From IMG/VR virus record IMGVR_UViG_3300049027_000115, positions 1 to 54,930 of that record: 54,930 nt of DNA; one strand, 5' to 3'. The first letter of the stretch is position 1. Every line of letters starts with the position of its first letter. Made by a program: the position numbers and the translations under genes. This document shows, one piece after another, positions 36,472 to 45,493 of this stretch. The DNA is from a virus. Taxonomy: Duplodnaviria; Caudoviricetes. The notes beneath the pieces were generated by a model. That model was not told where the DNA came from. It was given only the letters and a program-made list of their open reading frames with translations, and did no database searches.

Positions 36472-37251
36472 ATGGAAAATAAACAATTGGAGGTTATCAA
36501 AAAGCTGAATGAAAGTGTGGGCTCTGTTTTATCTAAGGACGGACTGCTTGGCTTTGAGAAAGCCTATAAGATCGCTGATGCTGTTCAGCAATTGAAAGAT
36601 TTGTTGACAACTGAATACATGAAGCCGATCATGGCACTTCAGGGGAATAAGCTTGGGTTCAAAACCGACAGGGACAAGGATGGAGGATATTCCCAGGATG
36701 TGGTGAAGAATTGTCTGATTGAAGCAGTGCTTACTGGTGTACAGCCGTTCGGAAATCAATTCAACATCATTGCTGGCAACTGTTACATCACAAAAGAAGG
36801 CTTCGGTTACCTGCTGGCAAATTTCCCGGGCCTTTCCTATGATATCGTTCCACAGCTACCTCGCATCAAAGATGGTTCTGCAGCTATTGTGATGGAAACA
36901 GAATGGACCTTGAATGGCATTACCAAGAAGAAGTCTTTGGACATTCCTGTGAAAGTAAACCAGCACATGGGGACAGATGCAGTGATCGGAAAGGCAACCC
37001 GGAAATCCCGCGCATGGTTGTACAATTCTATCTCAGGAACTGAAATCGCTGACGGCGATATCCAGGATGTAGATGCAACTGTGGTAGGGTCCAAAATAAA
37101 CGAGCAGTTTAACCTTGAAGATTTGCAGTTCCTCTATGAAGCAAAAAAAGCAGCACTCACGCCGGAAGAACAAAAGGATGCAGAACGCATTCTGAACAAC
37201 AAGGAAGAAAAATCTTACTCCAAACTCCACAAACTGCTTCAATCCAAATGA
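36472..37251 (+). CDS. Putative single-strand annealing protein (RecT/Red-beta-like)
   Basis: Coupled to the exonuclease gene; GVQPFGNQFNII..YITKEG segment; assignment rests mainly on context. Confidence 0.55.
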   Translation: MENKQLEVIKKLNESVGSVLSKDGLLGFEKAYKIADAVQQLKDLLTTEYMKPIMALQGNKLGFKTDRDKDGGYSQDVVKNCLIEAVLTGVQPFGNQFNIIAGNCYITKEGFGYLLANFPGLSYDIVPQLPRIKDGSAAIVMETEWTLNGITKKKSLDIPVKVNQHMGTDAVIGKATRKSRAWLYNSISGTEIADGDIQDVDATVVGSKINEQFNLEDLQFLYEAKKAALTPEEQKDAERILNNKEEKSYSKLHKLLQSK

Positions 37252-37991
37252 TCAATAACGCCCAACGAATCGGAAACTTCACCAGCAGCAATATAGCTGC
37301 TCTTTTGACTACTGATAAGTCAGGAAAAAGTTTTGGCAAACCAGCATTAACCTACATCGAGGAAAAGAATATGGAACGCAGGTTAGGTTTGTCGCTGAAT
37401 GCTGAATCAAATGCCAGAGCGCTTTCATGGGGGAAGTTTTTGGAAGGTGCCGTCTTCGATTTGTTGGGCATGGCATATACTCTTTCCAGCACTGATACTA
37501 TCGTTCATCCCACAATTCCATTTTGGTCCGGATCGCCAGATCTCACAAAAGCTGAAACTGTCGGTGATATCAAATGCCCGCTTACCAGGAAATCATTTTG
37601 TCAACTGGTGCATCCGCTGTATGATGGCCTACAGGGGGTTGAAGCGATGAACAAAGTGCGGGAGACCCACAAAGATGGAGAGGATTTCTACTGGCAACTC
37701 GTTTCAAATGCGATCCTCACAAATAGACGCTTCGCTGAACTGATCGTATACATGCCATATCAATCTGAATTAGCAGCTATACAATCTATGGCTGAAGGAA
37801 ACAAAAACTTGTACTGGTTGTGGTCTTCGAGTGAAGATGAACTCCCGTTCCTCAAAGATGATGGTTACTACAGAAACATCAATATCATCCATTTTGAAGT
37901 GCCAGAGGAAGACAAAGAATTGCTGACTGAAAAAGTAAAAGCTGCAGGTGAGAAACTGATAACAATCAAAACCGAAAAAGTGAAGTTATGA
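37248..37991 (+). CDS. YqaJ / lambda-exonuclease-like nuclease
   Basis: RIGNFTSS, WGKFLE, SGSPD, DIKCP and YWQL motifs. Confidence 0.85.
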   Translation: MINNAQRIGNFTSSNIAALLTTDKSGKSFGKPALTYIEEKNMERRLGLSLNAESNARALSWGKFLEGAVFDLLGMAYTLSSTDTIVHPTIPFWSGSPDLTKAETVGDIKCPLTRKSFCQLVHPLYDGLQGVEAMNKVRETHKDGEDFYWQLVSNAILTNRRFAELIVYMPYQSELAAIQSMAEGNKNLYWLWSSSEDELPFLKDDGYYRNINIIHFEVPEEDKELLTEKVKAAGEKLITIKTEKVKL

Positions 37992-38395
37992 CATGTGAAT
38001 TCCCCGGCTGTAAAAGCCATCCACAAAAAAACGGTTACTGCATCGGTCACAGAATCTATGCTAGTACGCAAGTAGAGAAAGAGAAGCCGAAGCAGATCGC
38101 TAAACGCTCAGAGAAAATGAAAGAGACCATGAAGTCTTTGAAGAAAGAGTATGCTCTTTACCTGGCGCAGCCCGAGAATAAGTACTGCCAACTGAAGATG
38201 CATGGCTGCACAAAGGTTGCAACTGCTGTTCACCACACGAAAGGCAGAGAAGGAGCAAATCTTACCGATCAAAACACCTGGATGCCCAGTTGCTCTCACT
38301 GCAATTTGATGACAGAAGAGAAAGACGCCGAAGCCAGGGAGAAAGGTGTGAAGAAATCCAAGCATACACCGAACTACAAAAGGAGCAAGGTATAA
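37988..38395 (+). CDS. Zn-binding HNH-like protein
   Basis: CEFPGC..C..H; CQLKMHGC..HHTKGR..CSHCN. Confidence 0.65.
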   Translation: MTCEFPGCKSHPQKNGYCIGHRIYASTQVEKEKPKQIAKRSEKMKETMKSLKKEYALYLAQPENKYCQLKMHGCTKVATAVHHTKGREGANLTDQNTWMPSCSHCNLMTEEKDAEAREKGVKKSKHTPNYKRSKV

Positions 38396-38437
38396 GCGAA
38401 AAACCATCCGGCCCTATTTCTTTCAAATTTGACAACA

Positions 38438-38833
38438 ATGAAATATACTCCTGAAAAAATTGATACATTGGAGAACACAGATGTCTTCGTGTTCGGTACA
38501 AACCAATTCGGCACACACGCAGGTGGTGCTGCAGCTTATGCTCAACAGAATTTTGGTGCTATCGATGCTGTTCCATTAGGACTGGCTGGAAAGACTTATG
38601 GCATCATTACAACCTCTTATACTAAGGAGGTTATCTCACTCGACTTCATCGAGAACCAGGTAAAAGTATTATACCAGTTTGCAAGGTTCCGTGAAGAGCT
38701 CACTTTCTACGTTACAAAGATCGGAACCGGTATTGCCGGGTTCATGATCGAGGATATCGCTAACATCTTCTTCAAACTTGAAACACTCCGTCCCTCAAAC
38801 ATCATTCTCCCAATCGAATTCACTCAACAATGA
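38438..38833 (+). CDS. Macro-domain-like phage protein
   Basis: VFVFGTN..G.HAGGAA and FYVTKIGTGIAG motifs. Confidence 0.65.
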   Translation: MKYTPEKIDTLENTDVFVFGTNQFGTHAGGAAAYAQQNFGAIDAVPLGLAGKTYGIITTSYTKEVISLDFIENQVKVLYQFARFREELTFYVTKIGTGIAGFMIEDIANIFFKLETLRPSNIILPIEFTQQ

Positions 38834-39786
38834 CAAAGAAAAAGGCTGCTGTATCGGTAGCAGAACAACCGGTAGAAAAGATTACCAAAGGTTATAAAGT
38901 GACTGATCCTGACATGCAATGCAGAGGTTTTCAGTACGAGCTCGCAAAAGTGTATGAGCACAAAGGAAGCATTTCTCCTTGCCAATCAGGCTTTCATTTT
39001 TGCCCCAAAGTAGCAGATTGTTTCAGTTATTATCAATTCGATAAACGTAATCGTGTTTTTGAAGTTGAAGCTCTGGGTGAAGTGATTGAGCATGAAGATA
39101 AAATTGTAGCCGGCAGGATCCGGTTTGTTAGGGAGATACCCTGGGAGGAAATGCTGAAGCTGGCGAATGAGGGAAATGATAATGTTGGTTTGAGTAACAC
39201 CGGCGACAGTAACACCGGCCACAGTAACACCGGCGACAGGAACACCGGCCACAGTAACACCGGCGACAGGAACACCGGCCACAGTAACACCGGCGACAGG
39301 AACACCGGCCACAGGAACACCGGCCACAGTAACACCGGCGACTGGAACACCGGCGACAGGAACACCGGCCACAGTAACACCGGCGACTGGAACACCGGCG
39401 ACAGGAACACCGGCCACAGTAACACCGGCGACAGGAACACCGGAGCTTTCTGTACGGAGACTCCACCTTTCACCCTCTTCGATAAACCGACTACCTGGAC
39501 GCTGCAGGATTTTGAAAGCAGTAATGCGTTCCGTCTCATGTCCACTCATGTAAATACGAAAATGTGGGTTCCGGATTACGCCATGACAGAAGCCGAAAAA
39601 GAAGCAAACAAAGGATGGAAAACTGCGGGAGGCTATTACAAGGATATTCCTTTCAAAGAGGCCTTTACCAATGCCTGGCACAATTGGGACGAAGACAATC
39701 GCACCTCCTTCACAAATCTGCCAAATTTTGATGCAGATAAGTTCGAGCAGATCACGGGTGTGATAGTTGAACAAAAGAAAAAGTAA
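38830..39786 (+). CDS. Pentapeptide-repeat protein with phage N-terminal domain
   Basis: GYK..CRGFQYE..CQSGFHFC domain followed by NTG(D/H)(S/R/W) repeats. Confidence 0.85.
   Translation: MTKKKAAVSVAEQPVEKITKGYKVTDPDMQCRGFQYELAKVYEHKGSISPCQSGFHFCPKVADCFSYYQFDKRNRVFEVEALGEVIEHEDKIVAGRIRFVREIPWEEMLKLANEGNDNVGLSNTGDSNTGHSNTGDRNTGHSNTGDRNTGHSNTGDRNTGHRNTGHSNTGDWNTGDRNTGHSNTGDWNTGDRNTGHSNTGDRNTGAFCTETPPFTLFDKPTTWTLQDFESSNAFRLMSTHVNTKMWVPDYAMTEAEKEANKGWKTAGGYYKDIPFKEAFTNAWHNWDEDNRTSFTNLPNFDADKFEQITGVIVEQKKK
39196..39444 (+). repeat. 15-bp tandem repeat, 16 full units plus a partial
   Basis: AACACCGGC(G/C)AC(AGT/AGG/TGG). Confidence 0.97.
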
Positions 39787-39824
39787 ATACATCCAATCCG
39801 TACCCGCCTTTTAAATCTTCAGCA

Positions 39825-40043
39825 ATGAAATCACCTCTTTCATTCAAGCCTACTGAACTGCTGGAATATCACCAGCACCAATTAAAGTTCATGAAACAGG
39901 ATCTCCGCAACAAGGTCGCCCGCGGTCAGATGAAGGACACCTATGCCACTAAGCTGATCGCAATGCAGGAGTACACCGTGAAGATGGTAAAAGAGAATCA
40001 GCCAGTCCGTCAATTGAATTTAGGAGAACAAACTAAACCGTGA
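39825..40043 (+). CDS. Hypothetical protein
   Basis: 72-aa ORF in the operon. Confidence 0.6.
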   Translation: MKSPLSFKPTELLEYHQHQLKFMKQDLRNKVARGQMKDTYATKLIAMQEYTVKMVKENQPVRQLNLGEQTKP

Positions 40044-40046
40044 AAA

Positions 40047-40412
40047 ATGATTTGGGTAAAAAAGACTACTCCTGATCGGGAGTTTGATGAAGGCATCATT
40101 CAACAGGTGTGTAAACGTTTCGAGGTAACCGTCAAACAGATGGAATCCAAAAACCGAAAAAGGGAAATTGTTGAGCCCCGCCAAATTGTATTCTATCTGT
40201 TGTGGAGGTATTCATATTCATCGCTGAAGACCATAGGCAGGTATTTCAACAGAGATCATACAACGGTCATCCATGGGCGAGATACTGTACAAAATTTAAT
40301 TGATACTGATGACGTCTACCGGCAAGAGATCCAACGCTTCGAAGAAACCTTGACTGGTCTCAGGCCTGTTAGAGAAAGGGTATCTGGCCCACAAGGGAAC
40401 TGGGTCAGTTAA
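40047..40412 (+). CDS. DnaA C-terminal-like HTH protein
   Basis: RKREIVEPRQI..SLKTIGRYFNRDHTTVIHG. Confidence 0.88.
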   Translation: MIWVKKTTPDREFDEGIIQQVCKRFEVTVKQMESKNRKREIVEPRQIVFYLLWRYSYSSLKTIGRYFNRDHTTVIHGRDTVQNLIDTDDVYRQEIQRFEETLTGLRPVRERVSGPQGNWVS

Positions 40413-40504
40413 ACAACTGCATCGGAGTTCATCTGACAGATCCAAATCATCACCTGTTTACTGCGAGTACAGGTGCTTTATAAACTCAAGCCTAGAAGTA
40501 ACCG

Positions 40505-41365
40505 ATGAAACGATTCAGGAATACCAAAATTAGCCGGGAAAAGTGGTATAGGAAACTGAAGCCTGTCCACAAAGCTGTATGGAATTTTCTCTGTGATGAA
40601 TGCGATGAAGCTGGGGTGTGGGAAATAGACACTGACACATTGAATTTTCATATTAACGATGGCGAAGAGATCAATCTCGAACAGGCGCTCGCCTGTATCA
40701 ACGAAGAAAAAATACGCGTCGAAAGTTTCGGAGAGAATCGAATTTTCATTCCTGGCTTTGTTGCTTTTCAATACGGAGAACTAAGTTATAACTGTAAACC
40801 CCACATTAAAATTATCAATCTTCTTAAAAAATATGATTTATACGATAGGGTATACATACCCTATACAAAGGGTTTGCAAACCCTACAGGAAAAGGATAAG
40901 GAAGAAGATAAGGAAAAGGATAAGGAAGAAGGGGGTTCAAGGGGGAAACAGAAAAAACCAAACATCAAACCAGAGCATGATATGCAGTTCGATGAAAAGC
41001 AGATTTACCGTGATGAAGTTTTACCCGCAGTGGAAAGAGCTGTTGATATGGGCGAACGAAAAAGATTGATTGCCGATTTCATCGTTCAGCACCAGCCTTT
41101 GTGGATCCACCCCTTTGGGGATTTATGGAACCTTGCTGCGCAAGGGACGAAGCTGGCACAAATTGCTGAATTCCCGGAGAGCAGGTTAAGAAAATTCAAC
41201 ACCAGAGTACGAGAACCTGCTTTTGATTTCCTGAAGATTCTGGAAGGTATACGACAGAGCACATTCTTGCGGGGTCAAAACCAGGAGAACTGGAAAGCTG
41301 ATTGGGACTGGATTATGGCCAACGATACAAACTACTTAAAAATCATCGAAGGAAAATACAAGTGA
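40505..41365 (+). CDS. Replication initiator protein
   Basis: N-terminal wHTH-like region, charged EKDKEEDK linker, C-terminal WKADWDWI..KIIEGKY; upstream of the helicase. Confidence 0.8.
   Translation: MKRFRNTKISREKWYRKLKPVHKAVWNFLCDECDEAGVWEIDTDTLNFHINDGEEINLEQALACINEEKIRVESFGENRIFIPGFVAFQYGELSYNCKPHIKIINLLKKYDLYDRVYIPYTKGLQTLQEKDKEEDKEKDKEEGGSRGKQKKPNIKPEHDMQFDEKQIYRDEVLPAVERAVDMGERKRLIADFIVQHQPLWIHPFGDLWNLAAQGTKLAQIAEFPESRLRKFNTRVREPAFDFLKILEGIRQSTFLRGQNQENWKADWDWIMANDTNYLKIIEGKYK
40847..40931. other. Probable replication origin (iterons within the initiator gene)
   Basis: AGGGT-N6-ACCCT palindromes at 40847 and 40869; 21-bp direct repeat at 40887 and 40911. Confidence 0.6.
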
Positions 41366-42849
41366 TGGATTTAACGAATCGAAATACCAGCCGTAAGAGC
41401 CGAAAATCAGAGACAAATGATCTGAGCACGATGGTGTATGGCAAGGTCCCGCCACAGGCGAAGGACTTGGAGGTGGCCGTACTCGGTGCGATCATGTTGG
41501 AGAAACAGGCATTCGATATCGTAATCGAAATTCTGAAGCCGCAATGTTTCTACCAAGATGCTCACCAACGGATCTTTCATGCAATGTTGAGCCTGCAACA
41601 GAAGAACCAGCCCATCGATGTGCTCACTATGGTGGAAGAACTCCGGCTGCGCGGAGAACTCGAAATGGTGGGTGGCCCTTTTGCTGTGACCTCACTTACC
41701 AACTCGGTAGTTTCTGCAGCCAACATCGAAGCACACTCCCGGATTATTCTGCAGAAGTTCATCCAGCGTGAGCTCATCCGGATCAGCGGCGAGATACTGA
41801 GCGAAAGCTATGATGAGACTTCTGATGCGTTCGACCAACTCGATGCGGCCGAAAACAAATTATTCGAGATCACCAACAACCACCTGCGGAAAGACTTCAG
41901 TAAAATTGATGCTGTCCTGGTGAAAACAATCCAGCGCATCGAGCACATGAGGCACAGTGATGAGATATTGACCGGTGTGCCTTCCGGCTTCCCATCGCTG
42001 GACAAAGTAACCAACGGATGGCAGCCTACCGATCTGATTATCCTGGCTGCGCGGCCGGCCGTCGGCAAAACCGCTTTTGCGCTTAATCTAGCCCGTAATG
42101 CAGCAAAGAGTTATAAGAATGTACCGGTTGCTTTCTTCAGCCTTGAAATGAGCTCCCAGCAGCTTGTACAACGCATCCTGTCCGCAGAGTCGGATGTGTG
42201 GTTAGAAAAAATATCTCGCGGCAAGATGGATGATCACGAATACGCTACGCTTTATGCGAAGGGAATCCAGCGCCTCGCAGATGCGCCGATCTATATCGAT
42301 GATACTGCCGCCTTGAATATTTTCGAATTACGCGCCAAAGCTCGTCGTCTGAAGAACAAGCACAACATTGGCCTAATCATCATCGACTACCTGCAGCTGA
42401 TGAGTGGCGCTGGACAGAAAGGACAAAACAGAGAACAGGAGATCAGCACCATCTCCCGGAATTTGAAAACCCTGGCGAAAGAATTGGAAGTTCCCATCCT
42501 CGCCCTTTCACAACTTAGTCGCGCAGTAGAGAACCGCCAGGAGAAACAGCCACAATTATCTGACCTCAGGGAATCCGGCGCCATCGAGCAGGATGCAGAT
42601 ATGGTGATGTTCATCTACCGGCCGGAGTATTACGAGATCAACCAGAATGAAATGGGAGAAAGCACCAAAGGATTGACAGAAGTGAAGATCGCAAAGCATC
42701 GCAATGGTTCGCTTGAAACTATCCGCTTCAAAGCAAAGCTCCATATTCAAAAGTTTGTGGAATGGGAAGATGAGATACCGCAAGCTGCGCCAGGAGACAG
42801 ATGGCGACCCGTGAATGTAGGTGCAAGTCAGGGAGGATATGAGATATGA
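41365..42849 (+). CDS. dnaB: Replicative DNA helicase
   Basis: PPQAKDLE, AARPAVGKT, IIIDYLQL, LSQLSR, SDLRESGAIEQDAD, KHRNG; probable start ATG 41365. Confidence 0.97.
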   Translation: MDLTNRNTSRKSRKSETNDLSTMVYGKVPPQAKDLEVAVLGAIMLEKQAFDIVIEILKPQCFYQDAHQRIFHAMLSLQQKNQPIDVLTMVEELRLRGELEMVGGPFAVTSLTNSVVSAANIEAHSRIILQKFIQRELIRISGEILSESYDETSDAFDQLDAAENKLFEITNNHLRKDFSKIDAVLVKTIQRIEHMRHSDEILTGVPSGFPSLDKVTNGWQPTDLIILAARPAVGKTAFALNLARNAAKSYKNVPVAFFSLEMSSQQLVQRILSAESDVWLEKISRGKMDDHEYATLYAKGIQRLADAPIYIDDTAALNIFELRAKARRLKNKHNIGLIIIDYLQLMSGAGQKGQNREQEISTISRNLKTLAKELEVPILALSQLSRAVENRQEKQPQLSDLRESGAIEQDADMVMFIYRPEYYEINQNEMGESTKGLTEVKIAKHRNGSLETIRFKAKLHIQKFVEWEDEIPQAAPGDRWRPVNVGASQGGYEI

Positions 42850-43151
42850 CGGAGATTCTCAATATCGAGTATCACACCCTTCGGCTGATGGTGAAAGCGC
42901 TGAATATTCACAAGACGCATGCAAAAGCTGCAGCGGCATTAGGAATGGATGAGCGAACCATATACGCAAAGAAGCGCCAGCATAACATCAAGCGCATCGA
43001 TGGGAAATACCGGATGCCAAAAGTAAAATTCATTGTATCACCAGTAATTGAAGGAAATGCAATCACCCAGGAGAATACAACGCAAGAGAACAGCAGGCTG
43101 GCGAATGCCCGAAAATACGATTTACGTCGGAAGGCCCAGCAAGTGGGGTAA
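42846..43151 (+). CDS. Fis-like HTH protein
   Basis: KAAAALGMDERTIYAK. Confidence 0.65.
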   Translation: MTEILNIEYHTLRLMVKALNIHKTHAKAAAALGMDERTIYAKKRQHNIKRIDGKYRMPKVKFIVSPVIEGNAITQENTTQENSRLANARKYDLRRKAQQVG

Positions 43152-43356
43152 TCCTTTTCCATGTGGCGGCAACAACAGTTTGGCAGTAGAAAGTTATAAG
43201 GAATGGATATACGGAGTAAAGAGAAAGCACACGGACAGTCCGCCGCCATCTTTGGAACAAATTCAGAAAGAGTTAGGAGGAAAGAATCTCGCCTGCTGGT
43301 GCAAGGAAGGTGAGCCCTGCCACGCAGATGTATTACTCGAACTAGCAAACAAATAA
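43057..43356 (+). CDS. DUF4326-family protein
   Basis: YVGRPSKWGNPF..LGGKNLACWC..CHADVL. Confidence 0.85.
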   Translation: MQSPRRIQRKRTAGWRMPENTIYVGRPSKWGNPFPCGGNNSLAVESYKEWIYGVKRKHTDSPPPSLEQIQKELGGKNLACWCKEGEPCHADVLLELANK

Positions 43357-43478
43357 TTGTGACAACAAAACAAATGCAGCGTGTCTCAAACCTCCTCCAC
43401 TTCTCAGCGATAAGCGCAGTGGTGGCGGTGTATGGGCCCCTGATTAAAGAACTGTTTTAGATTGAAACCAATTCAAGC

Positions 43479-45260
43479 ATGCAGACGACAAAAGACCTAG
43501 TAATAGACATTTTTGATCCATTATTCATTGCAGTAGATCTTTTCTGCGGCGCTGGTGGAACAACCACTGGATTTGATACAGCAGTTCTCTCTCGAAGGGT
43601 GTTGTCTGAATATGGTGTAGGTAAGGATTTTATGGAGAATGGATTCAGTAAAATTGTGAAGGTGATCGCCTGTGTGAATCATGATCCGATTGCTATCAAA
43701 AGTCATTGGCGCAATCATCCGGAGGTAAAGCACTTTGAAGAGGATATCCGGACGTTGGATCTTACCGAACTGAAGAAGCAGGTAGCCTTCTACAGAAATA
43801 AGTACCCCAATGCATTGTTGATCCTTTGGGCTTCTTTGGAATGCACCAACTTCAGTAAAGCGAAAGGCGGACAGCCGCGCGACGCAGACAGTCGTACTCT
43901 CGCTGATCATCTCGAAAGGTATGTAGTAGCTCTCAATCCGGACCTGATTCAAATTGAAAACGTGGTAGAGTTTATGAGCTGGGGGCCGCTGGACGAAAAC
44001 GGAACACCTATCTCAAAAAGGAATGGAGAAGATTACATGAGGTGGCGCGAAATGATCAAAGTGCATGGCTATCGGGATGATTGGAGGGAACTTAACAGCG
44101 CAAACTTCGGAGCTTACACTTCTCGCAACAGGCTGTTCGGAATATTCGCCAAACCAGGTATCCCCATAGTCTGGCCGGAAGCTACACATGAGAAAGTGAG
44201 GGAAAAGCAGAAGGGTGCCGTGGATCTCTTTTCATCTTCTCAGCAACCGTGGAAGGCCGTTAAAGAAGTTCTCGATTTTGAAGATGAAGGTCAAAGCATT
44301 TTCAATCGGAAGAAACCCCTATCTGACAAAACACTGGAGAGGATACTGGCCGGCCTGATCAAATATGTGGCAAAGGGTGACAAGGCTTTTATCAGTAAGT
44401 ACTTCAGTGGTAAGCCTAAAGGGAAAGTGAACAGTGTACAGGCGCCGGCGTCAACAGTAACAACCTTCGGAAACCAATCTCTGGTGCAGACAAAGAGTTT
44501 TTCCGATCTATCAGTTGATCAGCCTGCAGGAGCGCTTACGACTATCGACCATCATGCGCTGGTTCAAACGGCAGCATTCATTCAACAACGCCATGGCGGG
44601 AAACCTGAATCAAAGATTGTCGATGTGAATGGACCAGCTAGGACAATAACTTCAACTGGCGGTAATCAGGACCTGGTTCAGGCCACCTTCCTTACAATCT
44701 ATAATGGGAAAAGTTTATGCCGGAGCACTGACCAGCCTGCGCCAGTAATTGCATGTAATGATCGACTCTCTTTGATCCAGCCCTTCCTCATGCCTACCAA
44801 CTTTGATAACCCTCCTAAAAGCATAGAAGATCCAGCCCCGGTGATCACAGCCAACAGAAAACACACATACCTGGTGAATCCATCTCACGGCGGATGGAAT
44901 ACCTCTACAGAGCAACCATGCCCAGTTATTATAGCCCGTCAAGACAAGGCGCCGCTCTACTTGGTGCAGGCGAAGGAAGGCCCTTTCATGGTGCCCATCT
45001 ATCCAGACGACTCTGAAGTAATGATCGAGATAAAAAAGTTCATGGCAATGTTCAATATAGTCGATATCAAAATGCGGATGCTGCGCGTGTTGGAACTTTT
45101 GAAGATCCAGGGATTCCCGGCAGACTATAAACTGGAAGGCAACCAGGCAGATCAAAAGAAGTTCATCGGCAATAGTGTGGTCCCTCTGGTTGTGAAGGCA
45201 TGGCTGGAGGCTTTAGGTACCGAAGTTCTTCCTATTCTTTACCAAAAGAAAGTTGCATAA
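43479..45260 (+). CDS. DNA cytosine-5 methyltransferase with internal repeats
   Basis: DLFCGAGG, SLECTNFS, ENVVEF, RNRLF, QGFP..GNSV; repeated QPAxTIT units. Confidence 0.92.
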   Translation: MQTTKDLVIDIFDPLFIAVDLFCGAGGTTTGFDTAVLSRRVLSEYGVGKDFMENGFSKIVKVIACVNHDPIAIKSHWRNHPEVKHFEEDIRTLDLTELKKQVAFYRNKYPNALLILWASLECTNFSKAKGGQPRDADSRTLADHLERYVVALNPDLIQIENVVEFMSWGPLDENGTPISKRNGEDYMRWREMIKVHGYRDDWRELNSANFGAYTSRNRLFGIFAKPGIPIVWPEATHEKVREKQKGAVDLFSSSQQPWKAVKEVLDFEDEGQSIFNRKKPLSDKTLERILAGLIKYVAKGDKAFISKYFSGKPKGKVNSVQAPASTVTTFGNQSLVQTKSFSDLSVDQPAGALTTIDHHALVQTAAFIQQRHGGKPESKIVDVNGPARTITSTGGNQDLVQATFLTIYNGKSLCRSTDQPAPVIACNDRLSLIQPFLMPTNFDNPPKSIEDPAPVITANRKHTYLVNPSHGGWNTSTEQPCPVIIARQDKAPLYLVQAKEGPFMVPIYPDDSEVMIEIKKFMAMFNIVDIKMRMLRVLELLKIQGFPADYKLEGNQADQKKFIGNSVVPLVVKAWLEALGTEVLPILYQKKVA

Positions 45261-45262
45261 CC

Positions 45263-45490
45263 ATGGCCTCCGCCCTCTGCAATACCTGTGGTTCTCTTGT
45301 ACACTGGCTTCACCAACCAGGTAAGCACCAGAAGCGGGTATGTGAATGCGGATCAGCAGATCTCACGAGGGTATACTCGAAGATGAGTGCAGACGGAACG
45401 AAGTGGATCTTCAGAGATGCCAGCGGGATGGTGAGGGCGGAAAGGGAGATGGGAAGGAAAACAAATTATTCAACACAGAAAATAAAGTAA
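45263..45490 (+). CDS. Small Zn-ribbon protein
   Basis: CNTC..CECG; start ATG 45263. Confidence 0.6.
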   Translation: MASALCNTCGSLVHWLHQPGKHQKRVCECGSADLTRVYSKMSADGTKWIFRDASGMVRAEREMGRKTNYSTQKIK

Positions 45491-45493
45491 CAA

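Noticed and set aside
39196-39444. CRISPR array
   Set aside because: Contiguous 15-bp units with no unique spacers, in frame within a protein; no cas genes
38986-39792. Minus-strand VAGVP, PVFLS and Cys/Arg-rich ORFs
   Set aside because: Shadow frames of the stop-free tandem repeat; the + strand ORF has a recognisable domain
43479-45260. Restriction-modification system
   Set aside because: No adjacent restriction endonuclease; this is an orphan phage methyltransferase
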